This document shows, one piece after another, positions 12,799 to 26,469 of a DNA stretch of 64,000 bases (its first letter is position 1; every line of letters begins with the position of its first letter). The position numbers and the translations under genes were made by a program. The notes under the pieces are model-generated. The model had not been told where the DNA came from. It saw only the letters and a list, made by a program, of their open reading frames with translations, and made no database searches. Source of the DNA: Pseudogymnoascus verrucosus (taxonomy: Eukaryota); NCBI GenBank assembly GCA_001662655.1, contig KV460271.1. One strand, written 5' to 3'.

Positions 12799-15056
12799 AT
12801 GTCGCACCTCAACTCCTGGGAAGATGACCCAGCCGCGCAGGAGGAGAACCTCGCTCGCCAGGCTCAACAAATGAACCTCAACGCCGCTGCGCACGCCAAC
12901 ACTTTCCGTCCCGGCGCATCGTCATTCACCCCGGGCGCACAAACTTTCCAGCCTGGCCAACAATATCCACAATACGGCGGCGGATATGATCAAGCCCAAT
13001 ACCAGCAGTACCAAAACCAAGGCCAAGGCTACGGCCAGCAGCAGCAGCAGTATGGCGGACAACAAGCCTATGGGCAATACGGCCAAGGTGGCTACGGGGG
13101 TGGTTATAACCAAGGGGGGTACCAGCAAACATACGGTGAGTTTGTCACTTGAATGCTATTGTGGAGGCTATTTTGGAATTTTATACTTACAAATATAAAG
13201 GACAACAGAACTCTGGCTACGGGCAGCAACAACAAGCCGCCCAGCAGGCTTTCGTTCCATCTCAGGTGCCGACCATTGCGAAACGCTCCGACGCTCCCGC
13301 AGGTACAGCTGCGGCTGGAACACTAAACAAGCCTGTTGCAACCAAGGAGGGTGGCCCCAAGGTTCTTAGCATCGGAGGCGACGCGCCAGCTCCAAAGGCC
13401 AAGGTTTTGTCGATAGGACTCCCGGCAGTCAAGAAGGAGGAACCAAAGAAAGAGGAGGCTGCAAAGGCTGCAAAGGAAGCCGCACCCGCCGCAGGAAGCA
13501 AGGCTACCGCAACGAAGGCAATCTCCAAAGCTGATGGAGCTGCTACTGGAAAGACTTCGCCTGCTCCATCTTCTGGACGCTCGAGCCCTAGCGCCGCTAT
13601 CGCTGAGAAGCAGGCAAAGAGGGAGGCTGATGCTGTGGAGAAAGAGCAGCTTGCTGATGTCGACCAAGAGACATTGAAGGAAATTTACGGAAAGGAGCAC
13701 GTAAACATCATCTTTATCGGTCACGTTGATGCTGGAAAATCGACCCTTGGTGGAAGCATTCTCTATGCTACTGGTATGGTTGACGAGCGAACGATGGAGA
13801 AGAATAAGAAGGAGGCGAAGGAAATGGGTCGTGAGACTTGGTATCTTTCGTGGGCCTTGGATCTGACCAAGGAAGAACGTTCCAAGGGAAAGACTGTAGA
13901 GGTCGGTCGTGGTTATTTTGAGACCGACAAGCGCCGCTACAGTATCTTGGATGCTCCCGGTCACAAGACATATGTTCCTCACATGATTGGAGGTGCATCC
14001 CAAGCCGATGTAGGCATTTTGGTTATTTCTGCACGTAAGGGAGAGTATGAGACCGGTTTCGAAAAGGGTGGACAGACAAGAGAGCATGCTATGCTTGCCA
14101 AGACTCAGGGTGTGAACAAGTTGATTGTTGTTATCAACAAGATGGACGACCCAACTGTAGCCTGGTCAAAGGAGCGCTACACCGAGTGTACGACAAAGCT
14201 CGCAGCTTTCCTCAAGGGAACTGGATACAACTTGAAGACGGATGTCTTTTTCATGCCTATTGCGGCTCAGATTACGGCTGGTATCAAAGACCGCATCCCT
14301 AAGGACCTGTGCAAATGGTACGATGGGCCATCTCTTCTTGAGTACCTGGACAACATGTCCGCATTAGAGCGCAAGCTTAACGCTCCTTTCATGATGCCTA
14401 TCAACGGTAAATACCGTGAAATGGGAACCATCGTTGAAGGAAAAATCGAAGCTGGTGTTATCAAGAAGGGGGCGTCGCTTGTCGTCATGCCTAACCGCAA
14501 CAACGTTGAAGTCGCGGCTCTTTATGGTGAGACTGAAGAGGAAACTCAAATCGCCCAGTCAGGTGACCAGATTCGCGTCCGCCTGCGCGGCGTCGAAGAG
14601 GAAGATGTGCTTCCTGGCTTTGTGCTGTGCTCGCCAAAGCGTCTCGTTCACTGCGTCACTGCCTTCGAGGCCCAGATCCGCATCCTTGACCTCAAGAGCA
14701 TTCTTTCTGCGGGATTCAACTGCGTGATGCACGTCCATTCGGCAATCGAGGAGGTCACCTTTGCAGCTCTGCTGCACAAGCTCCAGAAGGGCACTGGGCG
14801 CAAATCAAAGGTACCACCGTCGCATGCTAAGAAGGGAGAGAGCATTATCGCGCGTATGGAGATCATTGGAGGCGCAGGGGCCGTCTGCGTGGAGAGGTTC
14901 GAGGATTACCCTCAGTTGGGCCGTTTTACTTTGAGAGACCAGGTATGTTCATTCTACTCACAAGATGCCGACCTTAAACTAACCAGTCATTAGGGTCAAA
15001 CAATTGCCATCGGCAAGATCACGAAGCTCATTACGGACCAGTCAGCAACAGCTTAA
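12799..15056 (+). CDS. SUP35: Translation termination factor eRF3
   Basis: Exons ~12799-13136, 13201-14942, 14994-15056. Q/G/Y-rich N domain, charged M domain, GTPase motifs GHVDAGKST, DAPGH, NKMD, end RFTLRDQ|GQTIAIGKI. Confidence 0.97.
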
Positions 15057-15560
15057 AGTATAACGTAATTTTTTGACTACCTAGACCATTGACGGCCTAC
15101 CGGGAAAAGGGGGAGGCAGAGGGGCACAGGTTGGAGAACTGTAGCTTCATGAAAGGGATTATGCATATATGATAGATTAAAAGCAAGTTACAGTACACAT
15201 ATTATGTAGGTCATGGGTGTACAAATGTGACTGCGTTTTAACCTCTGTTCGCCAAGTGCGACGAATTCAACGAACGGATTCCATCTAGTAACTATGGACT
15301 ACTCGACACTGGATCTGCCATCATAATAAACCGGTGGAAAGTTTAAATGACCAAAATTGCTCGTAGGAGTCTTAATAATCCTCATATCAGAAACACGTCT
15401 CGAATCACTCCACACTTGTGTCCCACGTTACTTCTCACCGCCCTCCTAAATGGGGTTTATTGCCACCTCATGTGGAGACCTCGAACATTCACGCGTGTAA
15501 GTAACTACAGCTTCACTGACAATGTCTGTATAAGACGCGCAGTACGAGAAGCTGTAATAG

Positions 15561-18500
15561 ATGGATGGGGACTGGGATGAGGTATGGATGACTTTTGATG
15601 ATGTTTCTCCTTGCACTCCTCTGGATTGCCGACACCGCCTTTGTGGTGCCATTCAAAGCGCGTCCTCAACAACCCCGCCGGGGCGCATGCGGCTCCATTG
15701 ACAGCTTCGACTTTCTGCCTTCGAATGGATAGCTAATATTATCTGATATAGGTTGCGCGCCTTGCGCTCCCTCCGCCGGGTCGCCATGCCGTGCCTTCGC
15801 CAGTCGCGACTATGGCGTTCGACACTATGCAAGAGCTGTTCTGGGTCGGCAACGATTACGTATGGTTTAGTCCTCCCGCAATCTATTGAAGTTAACTCAT
15901 GGGATGGTATAGGGCCGAGTCACCTCATTTTATAGCTCCGAGCTACAGAAACACACCTCCTTTCGAGCGCACCCTTATGGCGATGGGCCGGTGAGGCAGT
16001 TGCTCTTTCACGACAAGGGCGTTATAGCTCTCGGGACGAAGAGTGTCCACATGTCCACAAGGCGTGGCCTTCCGTTATGGCATATAGTGTATGAGTGAAT
16101 TCTACCAACATACTTTGGACGAGTTGCTGACCTGGGATATGTAGCCATGACAATATGAAAGATCTGCGCTGTATGAGTTTTACTTCGAAAGGCACCAACG
16201 AAATCATTGTTGCTGGCCTCCAAGACCAGATGTTTGTTATAGATGTCAACAAAGGAGAAATTACGAAAGAGGTATGTCTCCTTTTGCCTATACATGGAAT
16301 GGCTCTGACAGGTTAGATCCCAACCCCTGATCAATATACGATTATGAAGCGGAGTCGCTATATCTGCGCCGCGACTACGAAAGGAGCGGTAAACATCCTC
16401 GATCCCATTAGTTTCAACATCGTCAAAACCTGGAACGCCCACACATCGATGATCAGCGACTTAGATGCACAGCATGACTTCATTGTTACATGCGGCTACT
16501 CGCTCCGCCAGGGCCAGTCATATATGCTGGACCCGCTTGTCGGTGTCTTCGACCTCAAAAACCTCGTCTCCCTTCCACCCATACCCTTTCCAGCCGGTGC
16601 AGCCTACGTCCGCATGCATCCAAGGATGTCAACTACAAGCATTGTTGTGTCACAGCTGGGTCAAATGCACATAGTAGACCTGATGAATGTGAATACTAGT
16701 AATGTTCGTCAGGCTAACATACTTACCTACTTAACTATGATAGAGATTGCACCTTCAGGAGAAGCAATTGCTTTATCTGACGCAGAGTGCAATGTGCACC
16801 TCTGGGGCTCGCCTTCACGGATTCGCTTTGCTGAGCTCAGCAATCCTGTTGAATTTGCCGATCCAGAAGAGGAGCATTCACGTATGGATTGGGACACAGT
16901 GACGTGAGTCTTCCGTCCTAACTGTGCATACATATAACTGATATTTGCCTGGCGTAGGCCTATTAACAGCATCGGAATGCCATATTATAGGGAGCAGCTT
17001 CTATCTGCTTGGCCCACACATATTATATCTGATGTGGGAGCACCTCCGTCAAAGATTGATCCACAGTTCCTCGCAGGCCTCACACCAATCGAGTGGGGAG
17101 CATACGGCCGCAATACTAAAACCACAAGACGTAACCAAGTTGGCGATACCCGCACTCCAGATAAGTCTACGGCTAGCCTCCAAGCACCAAAATTCTTGAG
17201 CGAGAAAGCTCGTGAATCTGCAAACTCCAATACGATGGACCGTCGGATCAGTGACGTTGCAGATGCACTGGGTGCAGCCGAACTTTCGAGTTTGAAAGCA
17301 GATGTTCCTGTCATGTATCGTAATGTGGAGATCAAGTATAGTAAATTCGGTGTTGACGACTTTGACTTCGGGTAAGTTTGCACATTACTCTGCTTGGGCT
17401 GACGGATACTTACAACCATAGGTTCTATAACAAAACCAAATACTCTGGCCTCGAGATTCATATATCAAATTCTTACGCCAACCCCATTCTGCAAGTGTTA
17501 CATTTTACTCCACTGATTAGAAATATAACACTACAGCACACCGCGACGTCTTGTGCAAACCCGACCTGTCTTCTGTGCGAGATGGGCTTCTTGTTCGACA
17601 TGCTCGAGAAAGCGGAGGGATCTATATGCCAGGCGACAAATCTCCTTAAAGTCCTCAGCAACCACCCTGAAGCCGCCCGTCTAGCCTTACTAGAAGAGGA
17701 TGCTCCAGGCGCCTCTCTAACCACCATGCTTCAGGGTCTAAATCGCTTCCTACTCGACCGCATGACGCAAGACTACAAGAGCATCGCGCCGCACTCCGAT
17801 GCATTTGGCCAGCTCCTAGCCACACCGGCAACCACAGCGATCCGCTGCATGAACTGCCGCAGCGAGCACACGCGCCCCGGCACGACATTTGTGAATGAGC
17901 TCATCTATCCCCTCCCCAAATCGGTAGGGCGCAACTTACGTCCGCCCAAAGTCTCCTTTTCGCAAGTCCTCAAGTCGAGCATAGAGCGCGAGACGACGAG
18001 CCGTGGTTGGTGTAGCCGCTGCCAGCGCTATCAGTCGCTCGCGACACGTAGGACGATCCACAACGTGCCGCCTGTGTTGATTCTTAATGCGGCCATCCTG
18101 AGCCCGGAGGCGAAGCAGTTATGGGGAACGCCGGGATGGCTTCCGGATGAGATTGGCGTTATTATCGAGCAGGGCCAATTCTTCTGTTATGAAGGCGAGG
18201 ATCTGAAGTTGCACTTACAGAGGGGGATGCACAATATTACAGTGTACTCCCTGATTGGCGTCGCCGCCGATGTGGACAGTGGACAGCACCAGAAGTCGCA
18301 CCTCGTATCTGTCGTGAATGGTAAGTTTGTTTCCAGTAGCCTGAGTTCTTTTTACTAACACAAACAGTGGCACACTCAATGCCCACCTCACCCGGCGAAG
18401 ATGGCTGGCACCTCTTCAACGATTTCCTCGTCCGCCCCACCAAGCGCGAAGAAGCCCTCTCCTTCAACCCCGCCTGGAAACTCCCCTCCGTCCTCGCCTT

Positions 18501-19479
18501 CCAAATCAAATCTGCAAACAACCTCATCGACGACTCGTGGAAAAAGAACCTCGACACCTCCCTCCTCTACCAAGAGTCCGGTCCTAACCCCTCTGCTCCA
18601 CGCTCTCACACCCCCCTAAATCCTTTAACGGAACGCCCCACGCACGGCACCATCTTAGCCCTTGACACAGAATTTGTTTCTATTCGCCAGCCTGAGATCG
18701 AAATCAACAGCGATGGCGACCGTGCCACTATCCGGCCTATCGTATACGCCCTCGCCCGGGTGTCCGTCGTGCGAGGACCTGCCCCCGCAACTGCTCTCGA
18801 CGCCTCACTACCGCCTGCGACGCCGCTGATTGATGATTATATTGCGAGCCGCGAGCCGATTGTGGATTATTTGACTAGCTACTCCGGAATCCAGGCCGGG
18901 GACCTCGATCCACGGACGAGCCCGCATAGTCTTGTGAGTCTGAAGACTGCTTATAAGCGTCTCTGGATCCTCGTCAATCTTTCCGTCACATTCCTCGGCC
19001 ACGGCCTAAAACAAGATTTCCGCGTCGTGAATATCCAAGTCCCCAAGGCGCAAGTGATCGACACAGCAGAGCTTTTCTTCGTCGCCGCACGCCTGCGGAA
19101 ATTGAGTCTGGCCTTCCTGGCATGGGTGTTGTTGAAAGAGGATATCCAGGTCGTGGTGCACGATAGTATCGAGGATGCGCGCACGGCATTACGGCTGTGG
19201 GGAAAGTGGAGGGAGTTTGTAGAGGCGGGCGTACTGGAGGAGATATTGGCGGATGTGTATCGTGTGGGGAGAGAATGCGGATTTAGACCGCCTGGGAGGG
19301 GAGGCGATGTAGGGACGCCTTCGAAGAATGGTGGTACTGGGGCGGGGACGCCAATGATGGGGACGCCGGTTAGGAGCGGAGGAATGGGTATGGGAATGGG
19401 GACGCCGGTTAGGAATGGGGGGTTTGGTACGGGGATGGGGACGCCGAGTGGGATGGGAACTCCTAGTAAGGGGTTGTGA
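15561..19479 (+). CDS. PAN2: Poly(A) ribonuclease catalytic subunit (WD40, inactive UCH, DEDD exonuclease), multi-exon
   Basis: [15 protein letters not shown]...; [78 protein letters not shown]. Confidence 0.96.
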
Positions 19480-20577
19480 TGTTTTAGAATGAAGATGGGG
19501 ACAAAACGGGGTTGAAATTGGGGGATTGAAAGAATATCTTGGAACATATATGCAGCTTTTCATAGTGTGACTCTTAGCCCGGTTACTCTGCTTGAAGTGT
19601 CGTAGATAAATCAATGCTGATCTCTAGCAAAATGGAAGTAACGAAAAGCTCACAGGTTTTCGCCTGAAACGACGCGAATAGAGCGACAACAAGAAGCTAT
19701 AACGGATGACTGAAACAGCTCTTGCAAAGTAATGTAGCAACAGCACGGAACTACTAGTTGCTAACTTTAGAGCAGCCTCTAAGATATAAAAAGCAGCGCT
19801 CTCTCCCCCTTCTTCATAACCATCATCGATCTTCATTCACAGATGTCAAACACTCTCCACATCCCTACATCTAGCAACCAGAATCTAGCAACCATGCATT
19901 TCATCCTTGTCACGCCCGAAACCCTCAGGAATCGCAAGCTGAACAGCTCAGAGTTCAGCTATGATCGTAGCTGCATATATTAGGCAGCACCGGCCGCACC
20001 GAGCCAACTGGGGATGTGCACGCTGTTACTCGAAAATCCTGCGGTTACAGGGCCAATAAATAACCCATCGAATCTCCGGCTGCTCGTCCACCTCCCCCAA
20101 CATTGTGTTGCCGTAACGAACACTGATCGCTCTACCGTGTCATCACCCCCTTCTTCCCCTCGACACTAACGTATGCCATTATTCACACCTGCAATCTTAC
20201 GATATCGACCGTCTACCCTCTATAAGCAGACTTAATGATGGCCGACGATGGAACCCAATGGAGCCACACCTCAGGCGAGGCGGAAGAGCTAAACGTATGT
20301 ATCTTTCTAGGAAACCAAGCATCTAGTGAGGCTCATTCCTCTAATAACTTTGTGGAAATTGACTACAAACTATGAGATTGTAAGTTCATCTGGTAAAAAT
20401 ACCAAGAAGGATAGAGAGGTGAGAAAGAAGAAGAGAGAGCAGAGAGAGAAGGAGAATCAAGAGGCAAAGGAGAAGGACATAAAGGAAGAGGGCGGAAAGG
20501 AGAAGGACGCAAAGTGACAGGGAGAGTAATCTTAGTCTGCGTAAATTTCCCAAGTTCAACTCTAGCTATTATAGACC

Positions 20578-23229
20578 TCAGTCTATGTTAAATAAGGCTC
20601 CTAAATCCTTTTCGTACCCTTTGTAGTCAGCGACTTTTCTCTCAACGACCTTAGCAGAATCTGGACACAAATACTGAGAGATAATCTCTTCGGCCTCAGA
20701 GGACAGGCGAGAAAATCTAGGACAGAGATGGTTTTCCACAAGAGAAATCATAACATTTGTAGATGTAAGACAACGCCAAAACCATACCCCATTAGACTCC
20801 CAGCCTTCATGCATAATACTCGCCAGCACAGGCGGATGTTGCTTCGAGGCCATGTTAACCTCTTCTGCCTCAAATATTCTCATGAATTCCTGTCGAATCA
20901 CATCAAATTCATTCAGGTTATCGCCTACTATCTCATCGATACCATGTCCCGTAAGCCAATAAGGTACAGCAAGCATCTCTGCGGGCAAAGCGCAGACCCA
21001 CTCGAGATCTATTAAACAAGTAATGTTCCACTGTTCGTCAACGAAGATATTGCTTGCATGGAGGTCAGTAAACTGGAAATAGAAGGGCCCGTTGCGACGT
21101 TTCCGCTCGACGTAGTGATGTGATAGCATCCAAAGTAATGCCTTGCCTGCCATTTGACCACGGCAGTCACCCTCGTCATAGGCTGCGTTTGGATTGCTAA
21201 GGAAGCTGTTCTCATGAAATGTAAGCATGTCTGCAACGAACGGCTCAGTACAGGTGTACGTTTCGTTCCTCTGTATCGTTCTCGGCGCACCCTCGTTTTC
21301 CAGAATAACAACAGAGCAAGGCAGTGGTCGGTTTGTCAACGTTATCGTTCCGTTAGCATGGAACTGGAATGATCCGATTCGAGACTGAGGGATGTTTGCC
21401 AACGAAAGCATCAGGCGGGCCATGCCTCGAAAGAACTTCTGCCTGCGGGATGGGTCATTCTGGTGCTTATCCCAGGTGCTAGAGAGAATCTGACCCATAT
21501 CAGGACTAATATATTCAAGTATCATGTATGCAGCAGAAAGTCGTTGGCTTGTTGGGTGGGCCGTGTAGGGCGAGAGAGTGTGGCATCGAAGAAGATCACG
21601 GAGACGGCGTTGAAACATGCGCCACACACGGATGTAGAAAGGTCTTTGTTCCTCATGGACGAACTATATACCAGTAGCATGGTTAGCACGAAATCTGTTA
21701 AGTGGTAGGTATAATAACTTACATGACGATGATCAGAGAAGCCGAAGCCGTATAAGTGTGGGATGCGGATATCAGGACATTGATGCTGTATCCAGGCATA
21801 CGTTCCCACCTCGGAGCTCAACTTCTCATCCACCGTTCCGGGGTACTTGACCTCAGCAAGCTTGTGTAGCATAGGACAACGAAAGATGAGCTTCTTGTAG
21901 TAACGGGTCGATCGTACCTCGATAGGTACGCAAACATTGAAGCTGCCACGAATCCATTGGGCCTTTGCATTGACGATACAGGTGTCTTGCTTACTGAGCC
22001 TCAAGTGGTGCCTATCAAGTGCCTAAATAGTTTGCCTCTGGTCCCAGAGTGACTGATAGAGCTCCGTGGCTGCCTCAAGGTATGCTGCTTGACTAATGAT
22101 GTTTACGCGCAGCGAGACGAATTCTTTATCAAATAGCACAAAAAGAGAATACCACTCCGAAGCCTCACATTCACACAAGCATACAAGATCCTCCGTCTTC
22201 GACGACTAGCCAACATAGACTATACATATAAAACCGCAGGTCCACACACTGCCTACAAAATTGCTACTAATGTTACTGAGTCCCCCGCATCGCTCTAGCG
22301 TACTGCCCGGGACAAATATAGTTATAATAAAGCGGGCGATCTCTTCTAGAGACTCCTCCACGGCACTATAGTCACAGGAAAATCATTATCTTAGATACCG
22401 GAGGACTAACAACTCTACCCGCTCTATCACTGTGACTTCACTACTAACTACATATAGATCTCCTGCGACACCGCAACAGAAGTATAGCTAGACGCAAAGA
22501 AAGTCTAAGACTCCCTTAGCCTAATCCCCTTTACCCTACCAAAATCTATTAATAAACTCATTGCCTTTATAGCCTTTGGAGTTAAGGAAGGCAACACCCC
22601 GCAAAGAAGATAGCATACTATCTTCTAGACGGCGGCCTAGTGCCTATGGAAATCCTACCTTACCCACTCCTTCGCTGCCCCTACCTAAACCTAGGCGCTA
22701 AATACTATAAGATCTATATTCTGAGCAATGCTTAAGGACCGTATCCTTACCGAGCGCATACTTAGCACTAAAGAATTATATAGCAACTATGCCTATAACC
22801 TAAGCATCTTTAAAGAAATATGGGGGAAGACCCCCGAGCAATTAGAATTATAACTGGCCCTCTCTGCCTAGCGCACTAGGACGATACTGCTATAGAGGAA
22901 GGGCTTCTAGCCTATATCCCTAGCGAAACTGATTCACACGACTCCACTAACTAATTACAACAGTTCTTATATGATTGAATTCTAAATGGTGACTCTACCT
23001 ATGCCTATAAACGCATCAGATGACGCACCCCCACAAACTTAAAATGAAGAGCGGCTGAAGGGTGGTTCAACTCCACCGTAGGAGCTCCCGGTGGCAAGGC
23101 AGCTCTTCCCCCTACAAAACGGGACTCAAAAACAACTACAATGCTTCCTCTAATGATGTTTGCGTCCTTGTTCAGTGCTGACTCGTATGTGATGGGTTTC
23201 CGGTGATCTAGCTTGATGGCAGTAGGCAT
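20578..23229 (-). pseudogene. APH/phosphotransferase (kinase-like) gene disrupted by a 1-kb insertion and a nonsense codon
   Basis: MPTAIKL...KDANII continues as NIISQAAYLE...QTI*AL...WIRGSFNVCVP...EKLSSEVGTY...IPHLYGFGF, then TDLHASNIFVD...LIDLEW. In-frame TAG near 22025. Confidence 0.85.
22105..23149. mobile_element. Unclassified 1045-bp insertion with 12-bp flanking direct repeat
   Basis: CTAATGATGTTT at 22093-22104 and 23150-23161. Interior is TpA-rich with no long ORF. No TIR or poly(A) tail seen. Confidence 0.75.
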
Positions 23230-23966
23230 GGTACGAGCCTACCTAACCCACACTTATCAGTGTGCTTCGAGGAGGTCTAGCATGCAAGGTTTTGGCAAGT
23301 GCGAGACGATTTAGTCGATGCCGGCTTCAACGCGACTCTGGATACAAAGTCACTTGCGGTTTCGTACCAGGTCTAATTAGTTACTAAGCTGGATGTGGCG
23401 CACTATCCTAATCAATTTTGGCCTTTATGTCTAAGGCTTCAAGACCCCGGATATACAACGCATCTCTACCAAAGGCACCTAATTCTACTAGAGTTCTATT
23501 AAGTTACAGCAATTTTCAACGGAAGCGGCACATACATTATCTCGGCAGGGTACTCATCTCGACCGGACTACCGGCCCGAGCTACAGGGCTTTGCACGTTA
23601 GACCTGCAGCAAGATCTGCAACCCCGCCATGCGCAAACAAGCATTTCGAATGCATCGAATGTCAGGTGCATTAGGTTCTACACTATCCGTGCCGGCATTT
23701 CCACATTGCGTTTGCCTTCCCCGCTCCCCACAAGCTTGTTTGTTGATCATGTGTAGCGGTGCTGGAGAGGATGTGCGGAGCCGGGCCAAGGAGTCTAGAG
23801 TAGTTGTCTCTATGTGGCGAGGCATATAAATGCCCCCATTCCGTTCCAAGAGAACGAGAGACGGATTCAAGCAGAAGCAGTCGGCCAGTTCCTTTTGCAC
23901 TGGTCTGGTTTCCGGCAACTCTTCTAACACTTCTGCACTCTGTCTCTTATCAATTGATCCTCCGCC

Positions 23967-25484
23967 ATGGCCTCTCGCACATTTACTCTTGTAGTAGCCT
24001 CAGCGCTCCTGCGCGCATTAGCTGTGGCCCAGCAAGCTCCGACTCCAGATGCCATTCAATCACTGCCGACATATACATGCACTGTTGCAGGCGGCTGCGT
24101 AGAGCAAAGTACCAATGTCGTCTTCGCGTGGCCATACCACTGGATGCATACGGTTGAGGGTTATGACTCATGTACTACATCCTCTGGATTGAACGCGACT
24201 CTTTGCGGAACCGCGGAAGACTGCTTCAATAATTGTGAAATTGCACCTGGCGACTATACGGGCCTTGGCATTACTACGTCTGGTAATGCTTTAACGATGT
24301 ACCAGTATCGTAACGTTAGTGGTACGATCAACAATGCATCACCAAACGTTATGCTCTTAGATCCGGCAGGCGAAAACTACGTGAACGTCCAGCTTCTTGG
24401 CCGGGAGTTCAGCTTTGACGTTGATATCTCTCTCCTCCCCTGTGGAGAGAACGGTGCCCTGTTCCTTTCAGAGATGGACTTTACTGGTGGTCGAAACGAG
24501 TATAACCCTGCTGGGGCATCATACGGCTTTGGAGGTTGTGATGCCCAGTGCGGCGTCTCGCCATACTTTAATGGCACAGTCAACACCGAGGGGCTCGGTG
24601 CCTGCTGTCATGAGATGGACATTTGGGAAGCTAATTCTATGGCTACTGTGTTTACCCCACATCCTTGCAGCGTTGATGGTATCTATGGATGCAAAGGCGA
24701 TGAATGTGGCTCTAGTGGAGTGTGTAACAAACCCGGTTGTGGATGGAATTCCTATCAACAAGGCAATACCTCCTTCTATGGCCCAGGCCTCATTGTCGAT
24801 ACTACGAAGACATTCACTGTGACTACCCAGTTTATCACAGATGATGGCACAACGACGGGAAAGCTCACTGAGATCCGCCGGTACTATACTCAAAACGACG
24901 TCTTATACCCCAACCCTGTGTCGACCAGCTACAATGGTCTAAATTACATCGATGAGGACTTTGGTTGCAGTGACACCGACTCTTTTGGAGGTCTCACAGT
25001 ACATGGAGAAGCTCTCGGCCGCGGCATGGTGCTCATCTTTAGCGTCTGGCAAGATTCGAGCCAGTTTATGCACTGGCTCGATAGTGATACTGCTGGCCCA
25101 TGTAGCAGCACTGAAGGCGACCCTGCAAATATCAAAGCCAATAACCCGGACGCCGCGATCACCTACTCGAACATCAAGTGGGGAGAGCTTGGGTCTACAA
25201 GTAACGCTCCGGGACCGGATTCCGGTTCTAGCTCAAGCTCTAGCACACCCACAGCAACCACAACGACGTCTAGCACGGCGCCACCGCCAGCGACCACCAC
25301 GACGTCTAGCACGACGTCTAGGACAACGTCACCGCCGGCGACCACCACGACATTAGCCTCGGCACCAAAACAGACTCAATGGGGTCAGTGCGGAGGAAAT
25401 GGCTGGACTGGTCCTCATGTCTGCGCCTCTCCGTACACTTGCGTGTATTCGAACCCGTGGTACTCTCAATGCCTGTCGTCTTAG
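23967..25484 (+). CDS. GH7 endoglucanase (Cel7B-like) with S/T linker and C-terminal CBM1
   Basis: Signal peptide; [15 protein letters not shown], catalytic [12 protein letters not shown]; short loops typical of endo- rather than exo-GH7; [14 protein letters not shown]...YSQCL. Intronless. Confidence 0.95.
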   Translation: MASRTFTLVVASALLRALAVAQQAPTPDAIQSLPTYTCTVAGGCVEQSTNVVFAWPYHWMHTVEGYDSCTTSSGLNATLCGTAEDCFNNCEIAPGDYTGLGITTSGNALTMYQYRNVSGTINNASPNVMLLDPAGENYVNVQLLGREFSFDVDISLLPCGENGALFLSEMDFTGGRNEYNPAGASYGFGGCDAQCGVSPYFNGTVNTEGLGACCHEMDIWEANSMATVFTPHPCSVDGIYGCKGDECGSSGVCNKPGCGWNSYQQGNTSFYGPGLIVDTTKTFTVTTQFITDDGTTTGKLTEIRRYYTQNDVLYPNPVSTSYNGLNYIDEDFGCSDTDSFGGLTVHGEALGRGMVLIFSVWQDSSQFMHWLDSDTAGPCSSTEGDPANIKANNPDAAITYSNIKWGELGSTSNAPGPDSGSSSSSSTPTATTTTSSTAPPPATTTTSSTTSRTTSPPATTTTLASAPKQTQWGQCGGNGWTGPHVCASPYTCVYSNPWYSQCLSS

Positions 25485-25559
25485 TGAAGTTTAGTATTCC
25501 AACAATGCAATACTAGAGGGCAAAAGCCCGCGGCCATTGTATATAGATCATTTCTCCTA

Positions 25560-26440
25560 AACATATCACAACCCCTACATTCCTTAAATTTTTAGGCTCT
25601 CGCTTTCTCTCTCTTTTTTCCTTTATTCTTTCTAACTAGAGGAGGGGAGAGGGAGTAGTTCATTTCTTATCTTAGAAATGCAATGCAGAGAGTCCAAAAA
25701 GGAGTACATATAAAAAGAATATAAAAGAATTAGTAAAATCTGCAACTACAGCCTTTATAGTATAAATATAACACGACCCCTTTACAATGGGCATCTTTAA
25801 GTAGGAAGAGTAAAGTTAGTCGTAAGGTGAAATAAATGTCTAGGAGGTTCTAGGTTCATCCCATTAGTCAGCTGCGTGTCTAGTAAGCTAAGAGCAGCAA
25901 AATCAAACTTTAATTATTATATTTAATTCCTATACTAATGCTCTTACCACCCTTACCAATACTCCTACTCCTACTCTTGCTCCTATCTAATTAATTAATA
26001 ATAGCTAATAACAGCACTATTATAAGGATGGCTCCTTAGGTTACTTATAGTTACTATGTGCTGCTAAGCTAACTTAGTGCTAATTTAGTTTAGCTGTGTA
26101 TATAAGGCTTAGGCACATAGTAAGAGCAAGATTAGGTAAACAGAGGATTTGCTAAGTTAGTGTAGTTTTAGGTATTTAAGGGCACAAGCCTAGAGGGTTT
26201 CCCGTTTATCTTTTTTATATCCTTTATAGTAGACCTATAGGATAGAATACAGCATCACCTCTAACTTACACTCCTATATGCACCTATAGAGAGCTGTATT
26301 CCCTAAGTCCTTACATATATAGTATAAAGATAGTTGGTATATTTCGTTATTCTCTAAATTTAATTATCCCTAGGTTAGTAGAACAACATAGATTAAACAT
26401 CCTCTACTCGTAACTAATGATAATTTTATAATTGTCCGCG
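25560..26440. repeat. AT-rich, RIP-degraded repeat relic (family unidentifiable)
   Basis: Abrupt drop in GC, excess TA/TAG/TAA, no ORF of 60 aa or more in any frame. Boundaries approximate. Confidence 0.6.
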
Positions 26441-26469
26441 ATGACACTTAAATGCTCCCACGTTCCCTT

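Noticed and set aside
20235..20517. Small spliced gene with Lys/Glu-rich end
   Set aside because: Donor and acceptor phases could not be reconciled with the charged frame; may be a purine-rich remnant.
19600..23400. Starship captain (DUF3435 tyrosine recombinase) at the island edge
   Set aside because: No recognisable recombinase ORF or remnant and no matching terminal direct repeats seen.
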